A DNA stretch of 63,508 nt, the filler included, from Reticulomyxa filosa (taxonomy: Eukaryota > Protista > Foraminifera), in NCBI GenBank assembly GCA_000512085.1. It is 20 parts of 20 records of this genome, joined end to end, with 100 filler letters (N's around TTAATTAATTAA, not from the genome) between each part and the next. Parts side by side here need not be neighbours in the genome. Positions count along the whole stretch, not along the records: positions 24,300 to 25,337 come from ASPP01020282.1; positions 25,438 to 27,664 come from ASPP01010902.1; positions 27,765 to 30,802 come from ASPP01000233.1; positions 30,903 to 34,461 come from ASPP01029435.1; positions 34,562 to 37,058 come from ASPP01004925.1; positions 37,159 to 39,139 come from ASPP01018399.1; 14 more parts are not named here. One strand, written 5' to 3'. The position numbers were made by a program, and so were the translations under genes. The notes beneath the pieces are model-generated. The model did no database searches, was not told the DNA's origin, and worked only from the letters and a program-made list of their open reading frames with translations. Shown piece after piece: positions 24,359 through 37,306 of the stretch (positions within the stretch are counted from its first letter, which is position 1; each line of letters opens with the position of its first letter).

Positions 24359-25337
24359 TATATACGTTCTGTATTTGACTGTTTAAATGACTCAGATTGT
24401 CTTATTAAATTAAATGATATCATATTTTCTTTCTCTATTTGTTTGACAGGAGATATTAAAACATCAATACTTTCCAAATTACTAGTTAATTCGATATTTT
24501 TTCTTTAATAAGTTTTTCTTGTTTTGTTGTTTTTATCATTAAATTCTTTTTTAATAGTTTCGATACTTGCTTGACATTTTTGTAGTTCTTCTTTGATTAA
24601 CTTATTCTCTGCAATACTATATCCCTTTTTCAATTTAATTTCTTGTTGCATAGACAGAATTGTTTTTTTCAATAAAATGGATTGTGATTTCATATCCAAA
24701 AATACCTTATGAACTAAATAAAAATGTAATTTCATGTTTGTAATCAAATGACATTCTGAATCTTGATCCAAGCAGGTATGATTACAACCAAAACGTTTAA
24801 ACCAACAATTAACTAAGATTCCAATCTTGTTAGAGCAGGATTGCTCAGTATTTACTTTCTTTTTTGCGTCTAATGTTATTACATTTTGGTTTTTCATCTC
24901 TTTTTTTGGATTGGCAATTGAAAAATTATTAATATAAAGGAATACATGTCGATCAAAAGTTGAAGTTGTTTGAATGATTTCTGCTCCTGATTCTTTACCT
25001 TTAACTAACCCAGTAATGGATTGTAGATTGTCAAATAATGGCTTGGACGACTTACTATTTTCGGACATAACTTTACAAAAAAATTCTGTAAAATAACTTC
25101 CTTTTTCTTTTGTAGGATCTGACAAATCAGTAATGTATTTACCAGGAGTTGTCGAATATATTAATAATGTATCTGATTCACGGTTATATGATTGTTGTTG
25201 ACACTCTTCTCGACATGCATTTTTTATGAAAATTTTTGGTTTGTTCAAAAACATATCTGTATCTTCTGTAAAAATTTCTTGCACTTTCTTAAGTAATTTA
25301 TATTTCTTATCGTCTGGTGTAACTAATGCATCTCCTT
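24359..25337 (-). CDS. Caspase-like (C14) domain C-half fused to TRAF-type Zn finger and coiled coil; partial, probably disrupted
   Basis: GDALVT...KPKIFIKNACR...DTLLIYSTTPG...GSYFTEFFC is the caspase p20/p10 pattern. It is followed by VNCWFKRFGCNHTC...ECHL....KLHF (TRAF-like finger) and a K/E-rich coil. There is a frameshift near 24510 and a MITE at the 3' side. Confidence 0.8.
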
Positions 25338-25437
25338 NNNNNNNNNNNNNNNNNNNNNNNNNNNNNNNNNNNNNNNNNNNNTTAATTAATTAANNNNNNN
25401 NNNNNNNNNNNNNNNNNNNNNNNNNNNNNNNNNNNNN

Positions 25438-27664
25438 GGTGTCACAAACAAGTCGTTCACAAGCACTCCAATTTGCAGATACACACTGTCTTTCTCGCTT
25501 GATTTGTCCGTCCAGACGTACACACATGTCTACTTCTATGTACATACATATATACATATGTATATGTATATGAATACATATGCATATGTATATATGTGTA
25601 TATACAAAATACAACTTTGGCTCGTTGTGGGATCAGTATCGATTTGATTAGTGAGTCTTCTTCTTCGATTTCACTCTTGTTTGAACTGGCTTGATCTCCG
25701 ACGGTAATGGAACAGCACGATTGCCGACATCCAAACTGTTGCTGTCCATGTGGAGAATTTGCTCGACATTTCATCCTTCTTCTTTTGTATTAGTGTTTTG
25801 TTTCAAATTCAATGTGCCTTTACTTTTCTTCTTCATTACTTGCATCATCATTGCCATTGCCATTGCGATCATCACTATTATCATCCTCATCCTTGTTGTC
25901 ATCATCCGTCTTACTGTCATTGTCACTTTCAGCATTAAGTGAAAACGCGATTGTAATCGTGGCTCTTGTGATAGTACTTTTCGACAATGTCAGGCGGGAT
26001 AAAGCAGGCCGTAAAACAGCAAAGTCTCCACGACAAAATTGTTCATGCACAGCGTACCCAGATAGATTGGCAGCAGCTACTCACGTCACTTGACAACAAA
26101 GTGCGTGGACATGGGATCGTTGAGCATGTGTTTGTTGGGGAATGTGAGTGGCACTGGTTGCTTTGTTGTTCTTCAGCTGCTTGTCGCTTCGATGCGATTG
26201 ATGGAACTCGTGCAACTTTTTGTATCTCACCGTCGTCATCATCCATTTCAAATACACCACGTCAGAGAGGTCTCTGTTGAAGAAGATGCATGTGCATATA
26301 CATTTGCATGTGTTGCTGCTGTGAAAGAATGATCCTCATTGATATACTGCAACTTCACATGACATAGAAAAGGATTTGGCTCGGCGTTGATGACAGTAAT
26401 TTTGCAACTGTGCGCCAGCTTCTTCCATTGTCCCGCGAATTATGCAAATGTCTTGCTTGCTGTAATAAAACTGTTCTATTTTTATTTTTATTTTTTTTTA
26501 TGTCATGCACTTTATCGACCCAAATGGTAGAATCTAATCGCCTACTCAGCAATTCATTTGTGCCTTCGTGTTTTTTGGTTACTTTTCGTCATTTGTTGCT
26601 GTTGTTGCTGTTTTATGTTGCACTTTGTCTTGGATTTCATTTTCTTTTTTCAACTTAGCTTGTCCTTCTTGTTGGCTTCATCGACCACATTTTTTTGCTG
26701 ACTCGTCAGTCTTCTCTTTCAACAGCGATTGCTTCCTTCCGATTATTCTATTGGATAATGTTTGCCGGTTTGCCTTTTCTTTTGAAAAAAAGGAAACGGA
26801 TGAGTGGCATTGGTCCTCGTTGCTGTTGTCTTTCTTTTGTTGTTGCTGTTGCTGATGATGATGGGCTCTTTGTTTTCTTGACTTTTTTCCTTTTTGACTT
26901 AGCACATTACAGCGGACGGAACATGTTCAAATGACAAGCAAAGCTGTGGCCAGTTTGACGGCACAAACGAATCGTTCATAAGCACGCCAATTTGCATGTA
27001 CATTATGCCTTTTTCGCTTGATTTGTTCGTCCATGTATATTATGTCCACTTCTATATACATACATGCGTACACATACGTATATAAACACGTGTATACTTA
27101 TGTATATATGTATATCATACCACTTTGTAACAAATTTATAAATTTAACCAACAACTACACGATGATAATAATACGCATACTGTAAGAATTGATTATTTAC
27201 AGTTGCTCAAGATTTCATTTGCCAGTTGTGTGCACCCATTTTCCGCAATGTCTTTATCGATGGCATATCAATAACTTACTTGATCGATATTGGGACTAAC
27301 TTTAAAAGAATTCCTTCGGTTTTTGTGAGCCTTGCAATTTGCTGATATCACACCTATTGTCATAGCCACAATGTTTTAGTGCGCTCACTGTAAACATTGA
27401 AGGACTTCAGATTGCCACTGTTGATACTTCGACATGATGTCTGCACACTATATTTTCCATTTAAATCTACCACTGTGACAGTCATTCCAGACAAGACTGC
27501 AGACAATGTAATCCAAATCTTTATTTGTCCTTGTGAAGAAGAACGTATTGTAAATTTATCAATCAGCGATGTCAATTATAGCCACTGAAGCGCATCGGAC
27601 TAACTTGAACAATGATAGAGTGCCTGTTAAAATAAATTCAATCATTCTTATAACGCGTATACTG
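25438..27664 (-). pseudogene. Low-complexity unknown gene with an internally duplicated exon, degraded
   Basis: Exon 25439-25536 (EVDMCVRLDGQIKRERQCVSANWSACERLVC) is homologous to 26959-27054 (EVDIIYMDEQIKRKRHNVHANWRAYERFVC). The intervening D/N/Q-rich frames contain stops. Confidence 0.45.
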
Positions 27665-27764
27665 NNNNNNNNNNNNNNNNNNNNNNNNNNNNNNNNNNNN
27701 NNNNNNNNTTAATTAATTAANNNNNNNNNNNNNNNNNNNNNNNNNNNNNNNNNNNNNNNNNNNN

Positions 27765-27804
<40 letters not shown>

Positions 27805-27835
27805 GTTTCCCCTTTCCTTCCTCATTTCTTCATTG

Positions 27836-28723
27836 TCATGTTCTTATACAAAAGGTTTGTGCGGGACAAGACACAAACACAAAACAGGCAGGCAGCAAGA
27901 TAGGCGACGAAGAATGGCGACTATCTTTGCTTTCGCTGAGCATAGTGTCCGAGTGCACAATGAGCCCAATGGAGTCGGTCACATGCAAGCCATGGTTGTT
28001 CAGTGAGGTAATGATTTCTTTGTTGCCATTGCCATTGCCATTTCCGACAGTGTTGTTGCTCTGTGTTGGCAATGGTCTACGTGTCGAATCCAGTCGTATG
28101 TCCTTCATTGTTAGTAGGTCTCTCCACTCGGTCACCATTTCCTTTTCAAAATTTTCATCATCGTTTTCTTCATTATTGTTCTCACTTTTATCGTTTTTAT
28201 CATTTTTATCATTTTTATCATTTTTATCATTTTTATCATTTTCTTCTTCTTCTTTTTTCTTTTGTATATTGGCTTGGTCAATCACTTCATTCAAAGACTT
28301 TTCTTCTTTTGGCTCATTCTTTGTCTTCTCTTGCTCAGGTCTTTGCACTTCTGGAAATGCCATCGTCGATGTGGCTGTAAATGCTCTTTCGATCCCTACT
28401 CGCAATGGATGCGCTTTGTGCAACGATGCAATAAATAGCGCAATCAAAAAACGGTACATTTGTGGCGCTTTCATGTACATAAAATGCTCAATGGCCTCGT
28501 CGCTTGCTTGATGCAATAAGTTGAACAACTGGCCTTGAAATCCGTCTATTGGTGCCGCCGACGCTTTTCCTTCCTTGCTACCTGCGTTTTGCAGGAAAAC
28601 ACCCACTAGTGAATCAAATAACGCTGGTGAGGCTCCTCCCACTGGAGTGAACGCGTTGGAGGTCGCTCCATGTAAGGTCGAAGAGCTGAATAGCAATGTT
28701 CGAGATTGCCTTCGAGACTCCAT
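27836..28723 (-). CDS. Hypothetical protein with acidic (NDK)n insert
   Basis: A 295-codon ORF with coding-like composition and an (AATGATAAA)n repeat near 28190-28240. It probably splices near the contig end. Confidence 0.65.
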   Translation of the reverse strand: MESRRQSRTLLFSSSTLHGATSNAFTPVGGASPALFDSLVGVFLQNAGSKEGKASAAPIDGFQGQLFNLLHQASDEAIEHFMYMKAPQMYRFLIALFIASLHKAHPLRVGIERAFTATSTMAFPEVQRPEQEKTKNEPKEEKSLNEVIDQANIQKKKEEEENDKNDKNDKNDKNDKNDKSENNNEENDDENFEKEMVTEWRDLLTMKDIRLDSTRRPLPTQSNNTVGNGNGNGNKEIITSLNNHGLHVTDSIGLIVHSDTMLSESKDSRHSSSPILLPACFVFVSCPAQTFCIRT

Positions 28724-29017
28724 GCCCTCGTTGCTGGTTAATGTTGCTCCCCTTTTTTTTTTTACACTTGTTTTACACTTTCAAACAAAATCGATTATGT
28801 ATTGCGTTTGTTAGTCTTTTTATTCATTGTGTCGTGATTGCAGTCAATTCTAATTTGTTCTTTCTATTATAAAAACTCATTAAGCATTTATTCAACGATA
28901 GATGAAGTGGATGTAATTTCAACGCGAGTTATTGTTAGTTTTTTATAACTGTAACAAAAGACTTGTTAATTGATCAAAAATGGCCAACCATTTGTTTGAT
29001 TGAATTGAGTTTCAGCC

Positions 29018-29240
29018 TGTGGGACTTGTGAGAAGATTAAGTGTAATACGAAAGGAACTTAGTTCCAAGAGAATAATTTCAGTAAAAGAAAGTTAATTAA
29101 AGAAGAATAATTACAACGCAAGTAAAGAAAACGAGTAAAACAAGAGGAAAGTGAGTAGTGGTAAGAAGAGGGTTTTAATCCACTGGGGGTCCCAACGTTC
29201 CGTTAGTATTTAAGGATGTAATGTAGTGACTTTCCCTACA
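29018..29240 (+). mobile_element. Solo LTR (223 bp) with perfect 4-bp TSD AGCC
   Basis: Termini are TGTGGG...CCCTACA, flanked by AGCC at 29014-29017 and 29241-29244. Homologous to 61642-61870 (reverse) and 62786-63019. Confidence 0.85.
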
Positions 29241-29551
29241 AGCCGTATTATTACAGATCTTTTGTGGATAAAAAAAAGAACTTTTGACATATTTCTTTTA
29301 ATTTTTAGTGAGTGTCTAGTGTTTCATCGACCCAGCAGAGAAAAAAGCACAATAAGTAACTTTAAGAAAAAAAATTGGATTTCATTAACCTTGAAAAATA
29401 TTATTTTTCCAGAGAGCTATTTAATCGCAAATTTTGCTTTGAATTTCTGGTAAACATATTATTTTACAGTTTTAAAAAGTTACAGCAGTCAAAAAGGTCT
29501 TTCCCACAACAAACGATAAAATAGCAAACTACACTAAAATTTAGTTTAAAT

Positions 29552-30032
29552 ATGGCAGATGAACCAACTGTAAGTGATAAAAATTTACAGCCAACACTAA
29601 AACATGTGTCAAGCGACTCTGTTGGGGTACCAGTGGAAACACATGATCTGAGGAAGTCTTACGGGGCACCGCCCGAAGAAACAATTCAAGGAATTCAAGA
29701 CCAAGATCGGCCACTTCCCCAAAAAAACAGTATCTCTGAAAACAAATTAGAAGATCAAATTGGAGACCATTTGGTACGGATTTATTGGGATGCTAAAGAA
29801 TTTTTCAATCTCTATTACAGCTTTTTTTTTTTTTTTGTGACCGCAGCAATTTAGCCAACCCGGAGCGCAAACAACAAAAGTTGAAAATCAAGATACAAAT
29901 ACCCAAAAAGATCAACATGCCGAACCTAAATCAATAGAACAAGAAAAAACAGAAAAAAATACAGACGAAACGAAAGCAACTACAGAAACAGCCCCTGACA
30001 AACCCCCGAGCTCTTGCTGTAACATTTTGTGA
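29552..30032 (+). CDS. Small disordered protein with C-terminal CCNIL (CaaX prenylation/palmitoylation) motif
   Basis: Exon 29552-29773, GT-AG intron 29774-29846, and exon 29847-30032 ending ...DKPPSSCCNIL-stop. Confidence 0.75.
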
Positions 30033-30946
30033 TTGCTATGATGGCATAATGCTTTTGCCAAATGTGAATACATGCACTTTTTTGTGGGACGAGTTGTAAA
30101 AATGATTAGCTTTTTTTCTTTTTGTGTATGTGTGCCCACTTTTACAAATTTTCCATCTTTTTAGTTTAGTATCATTTTCCACCATACTTTTTTATCAATT
30201 TTTCCAGGAGTCGATCTCCTCTCTTTTGTTATCACTATTGATCATTATTGTTAATAAAAGAACAAGGAAAAAGCTTGTCATTTTCATGGTACCTTGTTTT
30301 TTGACAAACTTTTTCATTTCTTTGTAAGCTGCATGAAATATTAAAACTTCTTTATTTTTCGTGTACACTGTGTTGCTATTCGTGGAGTTTTTTTTAGGGA
30401 ACGCATTCTATTTTTCCTGAGAACTAAAACATCAAATTTTGTATTTTGTGTGTGTTTAGAAAGTCTTATTTAAGCTATGGTAATTATGTCGAGACCTGCC
30501 ACCGACGTTTGCAAAGTTTTTTGGGGCTCCCTTGAGAGAACTTTTTCCGCTCTAGGTGAACTTAGGCGGCTGATGTAGAGCACTAATGGCAACTCACCAA
30601 AATGTACTTGGAACAAGAAATATGTCACAACAGAATCTGATCAGTGTGGTGTCCGACTTGGAAAATCAATTTCGATCCTTGGCGGAAGAGTCACGAAAAA
30701 GCGACGGACAACTCAAAACAGTTCGCAAACCTTGAAAAAACCACAATTGCAATTTTTGGACAAAAAAAACAAAAAAAGGGGAACAAATTGGGAAAAAAAA
30801 AANNNNNNNNNNNNNNNNNNNNNNNNNNNNNNNNNNNNNNNNNNNNTTAATTAATTAANNNNNNNNNNNNNNNNNNNNNNNNNNNNNNNNNNNNNNNNNN
30901 NNCACACACACACACATACACACATATGTATACAAAAAAAAAAGAA

Positions 30947-33900
30947 CTTTTCTCGAAGCATTTTGCACGACAGCGATTTTGCATTGCAAGAGTGTCAAAG
31001 CCACCCAAAAAATAACCAACACAACTCGGAAGATAGGCTTGGACCATTCCTTCTTCGCTTGGAGCATCACAGTGAGGGCCTCGACTCCACGGACCACGAG
31101 CAGGATATCCGGATCAGCACGTGCATGCCTCTTTTCGCGAGGATACGTGTCCCACACATTTTGACTCAGCTGCAGGCCTCGAATGATCAGTTGCACGAGC
31201 ATTGCTACCGCTTTCAGAGTGAAAGGCTCCAACACCATGCAATACAAGCGCAGCGCATGGCTCGCGGTTTGACGCGCGGCCGAAACGACGGCGACGTCCT
31301 TCGAAGTCATCTCCGCTGTGGCCCACTGCAGACAGCGCAGTCCCCACGCGTTGATCGTCTCTTTTGTCCCATATCGTGATTTGAAGCACGCAAACATCAA
31401 TCGACTCAGATCGTCCACGATGACGGCGGTCTTCTTCGCAAACAGTTTGTCCAGTTGCAGTCGCGTGCCTGTGTCCATCAGCGACGCTTCCACTTGCACC
31501 ATCATTTGGCTGGTGGTCGAGGGTTCAAGGTCGGTGATGGGCTGTTCATTCCATTGGAACTGATATCTATCAGCAAAAAAAAAAAACGAACATATATTTG
31601 TATATACACATATACATACATATACATACATATACATATATGTATGTACATTTGTATATATTACTCAACGTTCGACGATCTCTGATCCACATAGCCAATT
31701 GGATGATTTCATCATCGATAACAATTCGTGGAGGCAGCAATCCTACGAACAAATGCGACAACAATTCCGCACATGGATTGGCTGACTGCCGCGGCGGTGA
31801 TGATACAAAGAGTAGGGAGTGAGTGATAAGGATTGGCAGCGCACTACGTACTCGTCCAATGTCTACATTTGCACGCAAGTGTTCCCAAACAAGATAACAA
31901 TAACAACAACAACAACAACAACGACACACGGATAATGAATAGATAAAACAAAAAAAAAAACTTCGTGTTGTCAGAGAGGTCAGCCATTGAACGACAATCT
32001 GCGTTTGCAACGGAGTATAGCGCACTTCGCGTGGCTGTGGAATGCCGTCATATCGCACAAGCAATTGGGTTCCCAGACCACTTCCGACGTTCAAAAATTG
32101 CAACAGACTGGAGAGTAAAGACTCGGAATGAGTAACAAGCACCTGCTGCAAAATGGCTTCGCAAACGAGCATCAACTGCTCCGGCGTCATGACCGTCCGA
32201 CGCATTTGATCGATGCGCGCATTCGAACTTGCGCTGTGCGAATTGTCCGGGTCGATTTGCAGCTTGGCCTTGCTCTTCACGCCAAACAGTGATTTGGGTT
32301 TCGACTGCAGAATGCGCTCTTCGTCCATCGCATGTTTGGCCTCGACCGCCATTTCGTCGATCTGCTGCAGCTCTTTGTCGTATGCTTCGTAGCGATCCAC
32401 CACTAAACGCACAAAGTACTGAACAGCCCTGTCGATGTTCTTCACTTCGGACTGCGGTACCACGATGGACCCATTCGTGCTAGTCAGTATTGCAATCCAT
32501 AGTCGATGCAGTTGGACATCAATTTCCGGTGTGGCTATGGAGTATTTAATGTATTCAATGTATTTAGTGTGTGTTTCAAGTTTAATTTAATTTAATTATT
32601 ATATATAATAATTAAATTAAATTAAACAAACAGACATTCGAGTCGGAATTGCAAAGTCAAATTGAAAAGTCTTCCCATGTATGCGTCGGGATCTTTGGAC
32701 GTATGCAAAGGAGCATTAGCGAACCACGGCAAAGCCATTTGCAACAAGTTGTTAATCCACATCAGATGATTGTCTCGCAACATCGCCGACAGTGACTCTT
32801 GTTCTGCACGAGGATGAAGTTGGGCGATCATGTTTTCCAACACGCCCAAGGTTTCGCTGACAATCTCGTGACACACTTCGCTCGACATTACATTTGCAAA
32901 CAGGACGTTGATTTGCAAGACGTTGTGTTTGACATCACGGAGGTCCGAAGATTGGAGGCCATTGCGGAGTTCGAACAATCGATCCAGCGATTCGTTTGGA
33001 TTCGATAGCTTCGTCACGAGTTTGTAAAACAGGTCAAAGGCGCGACGACTCATATTTAGCGCGTGCATCACCTCCTCGGCGACATGCACGGCGACAGTAT
33101 CTTCGGCACGGGCCGAGTGTCCAGTAATGCCCTTTGTAAGGAGAATGGGGGAATAGAGTCTGGGACAAGCGCTGCATCGACTCATGTGGTACTTGGGATG
33201 GGCTGTTTGATATTCGACATCGTCACTAGAGAGTTGGGTTGGTACTGATAACACAAAGCTCGCACCATGACTGTCTGTCGGTAATCCTCGAAACGTGGTC
33301 AAGCATGAAGCATCTCGTTGATGATGCGATATTATCCGTCCGTTCATCAATATCTGTTTGTCCATGAAGGGGATCATGTGCAACAAGCAAAACGCCGCCA
33401 ATTGTTTGCAAATGTCCATCGCATCAATTTCTCTATCCACAATCAAATTATAAATATATATATATATATATATATATGTACATATATACATATATATATA
33501 TATATTATGAACTTTGCAAATCGGTCTGGTAAGTCCAATGAAACAATAACATCGAAAAACATCCTCGCTTCGGCATAGGCACCACGACCCAATGTCAGAT
33601 ACAACTGCGACAAAACGGACTTCAAAATCAACGCGTAATGACTCTTCATTAAGTACTTTAAGGATGGAATCCCCTCTTTTTGCCCTTTGACAGCCCATTC
33701 GAACCACGACACGTGCTGCGCGTCCGTGGCTTCGGTCGACAGAATTTGGTTTGGATTCAACACGTGTCCCAACGCCAATACCGCCGTCGCAGAGCGAAAG
33801 GCCTGATATTCCAGTTGCATGATTCGCAACTTGTGTTGTCGCTCCTGAACCTCGTTCACGTTGTTCCCACTCGCTTCTTTGAACTTACTGTTCAAGGCCG

Positions 33901-34370
33901 ACACAAAGTTGACGTCGCAACGAGACCACGCTTTCATCATTTCCAGTATACGTGCCCGGTCCGATTCGTTCCACAAATGCCATGCCCATTCCATTTTCTG
34001 TTCTTCCATCACCATGCGTAAGGCATAGGCAACGTTTTCGATTGCTGGTGGATGATTTTATTTGAAGAAGTATCAATTTGAGTATGCACTAATTTTTTTT
34101 TAAAAAAAAAAAAAATAAAAAAATAAAAGTGTGAAGAAACTTCTTGCAACGCATCGAAACACTTCAGGATCGCCATTGGAATGCTGAAGCAGATTTGCCT
34201 CGTCCAATTCGTTACAAAATTGGATCAATTGTCTGTGCAGATAATCTCTGTTTTCGTTCTTTTTCTCTTGCGTCCCTTTCACTTCCCGCTCAAACACTTG
34301 GCATAAACGCACTTTGGACGTCAATGCCAACACCACCGAATTGTACAGCCAAAGTCGACGGGAATTGGCA
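30947..34370 (-). CDS. Furry/TAO3/MOR2-PAG1-like cell-morphogenesis scaffold protein, internal multi-exon part
   Basis: Long helical-repeat exons are separated by (AT)n introns. AWGLRCLQWAT...ASHALRLYCMVL...EALTVML...IFWVALTLLQC resembles the MOR2-PAG1 C-terminal motif W...AL.WAT...A.RS.QI...FW..V..L. Confidence 0.7.
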
Positions 34371-34561
34371 AGGTGGATTTGAGTTGCTTTTTTTTTGCTT
34401 TTCATGTCATCTGTGAGTTTTTCTACATTGGAAGTATACCTTTATTATTATTATTATTATTNNNNNNNNNNNNNNNNNNNNNNNNNNNNNNNNNNNNNNN
34501 NNNNNTTAATTAATTAANNNNNNNNNNNNNNNNNNNNNNNNNNNNNNNNNNNNNNNNNNNN

Positions 34562-35599
34562 AAAAAAAAAAGATGAAAGCTTTGACTGGGAGTCAAGCGA
34601 AAATAGCGACGAGGAGGACAAAAGCGAGGATGAAGAGCAAGAAGAAGAACATAACAAAAAAGAAGAGGAGAAAAAGGAAGAAGGAGAAGAAGAGAAACAG
34701 GAAAAAAAGAAACAAGAAACTCCTATAAAAAAAAAAGTAAACGGATATGAGGATATAAAAGCGAATGAGAGCAAAACAAAGAACGAAAGAGAGCCGGATA
34801 GCAAAACGAGCGACGTGGGGACGACGGAATCGAACAACGGAGACGATAGTTTAACGAAAGAGGAAAAGAATGGCGTGCCAATTGTGATTCATGCAAGTAA
34901 GTCACGTGCGATTCCAATGGAAGATGCGACAGATCCCACGGAATCGGATGAGGAGAATATTCGGCGAATGCATTTAAAGTCTATTGAAGGACTGTTGAAT
35001 GGCGCATTGTTGGAAGACGCAACACCCGAACCTTTGTTCGAACAGCCTATCAATATCGCAACATCGCCCACTGCTTCCAGTGTCGCCACAAGTGGCTCAC
35101 CCACACATCCGGCCATCACTCCCACTGTCATCAAAAAACTCGACTCACCGATGATCACTGATCACATGATTGACCAAGATATGTCGATCACGTCACCTAG
35201 TTTTGTCGATCGCTTTGTCAAAAACAATGCTTGCTCCGAAGGAATCACGCCCAATTTGGAGTGTGTCTACTCCAATCACGACGAAAAACGAGACAATATC
35301 ACTGTCGATCTCACCATTTCGCCACTGATGGTCGATCACGATGCTTTGCTGTCTGTCTTAACACCTAAGACCGCAACGACTCCTGCAAAGCTCACTTCCA
35401 ATGACAAAGCCAAGGGGAAAGGGAAACAACAGGACATACTACAGCCACCAAAATCACCACAAAAGCAATGCACTGATTCCACGCAACCACTAAGCACTGT
35501 TGTCCGAGATAGTATCAATCAATCCCACAAATTGTCGGCTCCTCAAACTCTCACAAAATCCACTTCCAATAAGAACACTAATAATAATAATAACACTAA

Positions 35600-35635
<36 letters not shown>

Positions 35636-36019
35636 CAATAACAACAAAAATAAAACACAAAATTTGAACACAATCCAAAAAATAACAATAATCGGACTAT
35701 CCCAACAACACAAACGGATAAAAAAAATGAAATGCCAAATTACAATCATAAAGTAGCGAATCTACCCGCGGAAACTAACAGCAATACAAAAAGTAAACCC
35801 AAGAATGCCAAAGCTGGACAACAGAATATACGAACCAAAGACAAGAAACCTCCGGTGTCAACTTCCGAGACGTTGTTGACCATTAAGCATAACCATACCG
35901 CGCACAATCGCGTTTCCACGTACGCTAGCAACAAGAATAAAAAGCTCAAACCAGATCATTCGAAATGGACGCGTCATCAACATGAAAATAGTAATTCAAT
36001 CCAAGAAAAAACTGAGTAA
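34562..36019 (+). CDS. C-terminal part of a large disordered (E/K-, S/T/P-, poly-N-rich) protein
   Basis: The frame is open from the contig start to 35756 and continues in a second frame (35732-36019) after a shift next to an (AAT)n tract. Confidence 0.6.
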
Positions 36020-37158
36020 TGGAATATCTAAATAATAATGATAATAATAATAATAATAGTAATAATAAAATAAATTTTTGTAGGTTCATTTTATAAAGTG
36101 AGGAGGGATAGAAAGAGTATAAAGAAATGGAATAATGCAAAGAAATACAAATACGGAATCCAACTCAATCTCCACAAACAATAACAAAAAAAGCTGAGGA
36201 CAGGTGTTCCTCATTGTAATGTTTGTTTTGTTTGTCTTTTAATTCTCTTTTTCCTTTCTCACTCTCTTTCTGTTCATTTCTCTTTTTTTTTTTACAAAGG
36301 TTTTTGGAATGTTACAATTCATTTGCTTGTTTTTTAAAGATCTTTTTGAATTTGTTTGTGGTGTGTACTTGTCCACCGTGTGTATTTTTGTTTGCTTGCT
36401 TGCTTTGTTTGTTTTTTTTGGTCAACGCAATACACTGGGACCTTTTCGTTGTGCCAAGAATTTTGTTGTTGTTTTTGTGGCTTATTTTCTGTCATCGCTT
36501 GTACACACGACAAAAGCTTCAGCTTTTTCAAGCAGTTTTTGAGACCAATCAACGAAAAATATTATAGAACTGGAAATACATCCTAAATATCTTTTTTGAA
36601 TTTTCCACCAAAAAGTCTTGCCTAAAAAGTTGTCTTGTAATTGAATGAGATATTATTCTCGAATGATATCTTTTTTTAAAGTTTCTACTAAAAACACTTT
36701 TTTACGTTCAATTAATCTTTAAGGTATATAATTGTTATTCCAACTTATTCAAATTAAGTTTTTCCTATTTTAATAAGTTACAACTGACAAAAAAAAAGAA
36801 AGATAAAGATGCCAAGTGATTATACTATCAAAAATTTCAAATCAAACTTATCGATTATTATAATTACAATATGTTCTATACCGAATGACAATTAGTAAAA
36901 AAACTACAATAACAACCTTATGTTAAACGCGTGGTTGATAATGAAATTGTGATAACAAGTAGTTGAACAAAAGGGTTAAAAAAAACTCTTTTATTGAAAA
37001 AAACCTTTTGTTTTTACTTGCGTATGAATGTCGTCGACTGCTCCTTTGGTGACTTCCTNNNNNNNNNNNNNNNNNNNNNNNNNNNNNNNNNNNNNNNNNN
37101 NNTTAATTAATTAANNNNNNNNNNNNNNNNNNNNNNNNNNNNNNNNNNNNNNNNNNNN

Positions 37159-37193
<35 letters not shown>

Positions 37194-37306
37194 CGTTTTA
37201 CACTTGGCTGTGGTTTTCGTAAAATCCCCCCTCACCCAATCTCAAAATAAAAAGTATTTGCTGTCTTACTCATTCGAAAATGGTACATTTCCATAATCAT
37301 GCCATG

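Noticed and set aside
24199-24505. Apparent adjacency of NLR paralogue 1 and the caspase-TRAF gene
   Set aside because: They are separated by a linker (24200-24299) and lie on different contigs, so this is no evidence of linkage.
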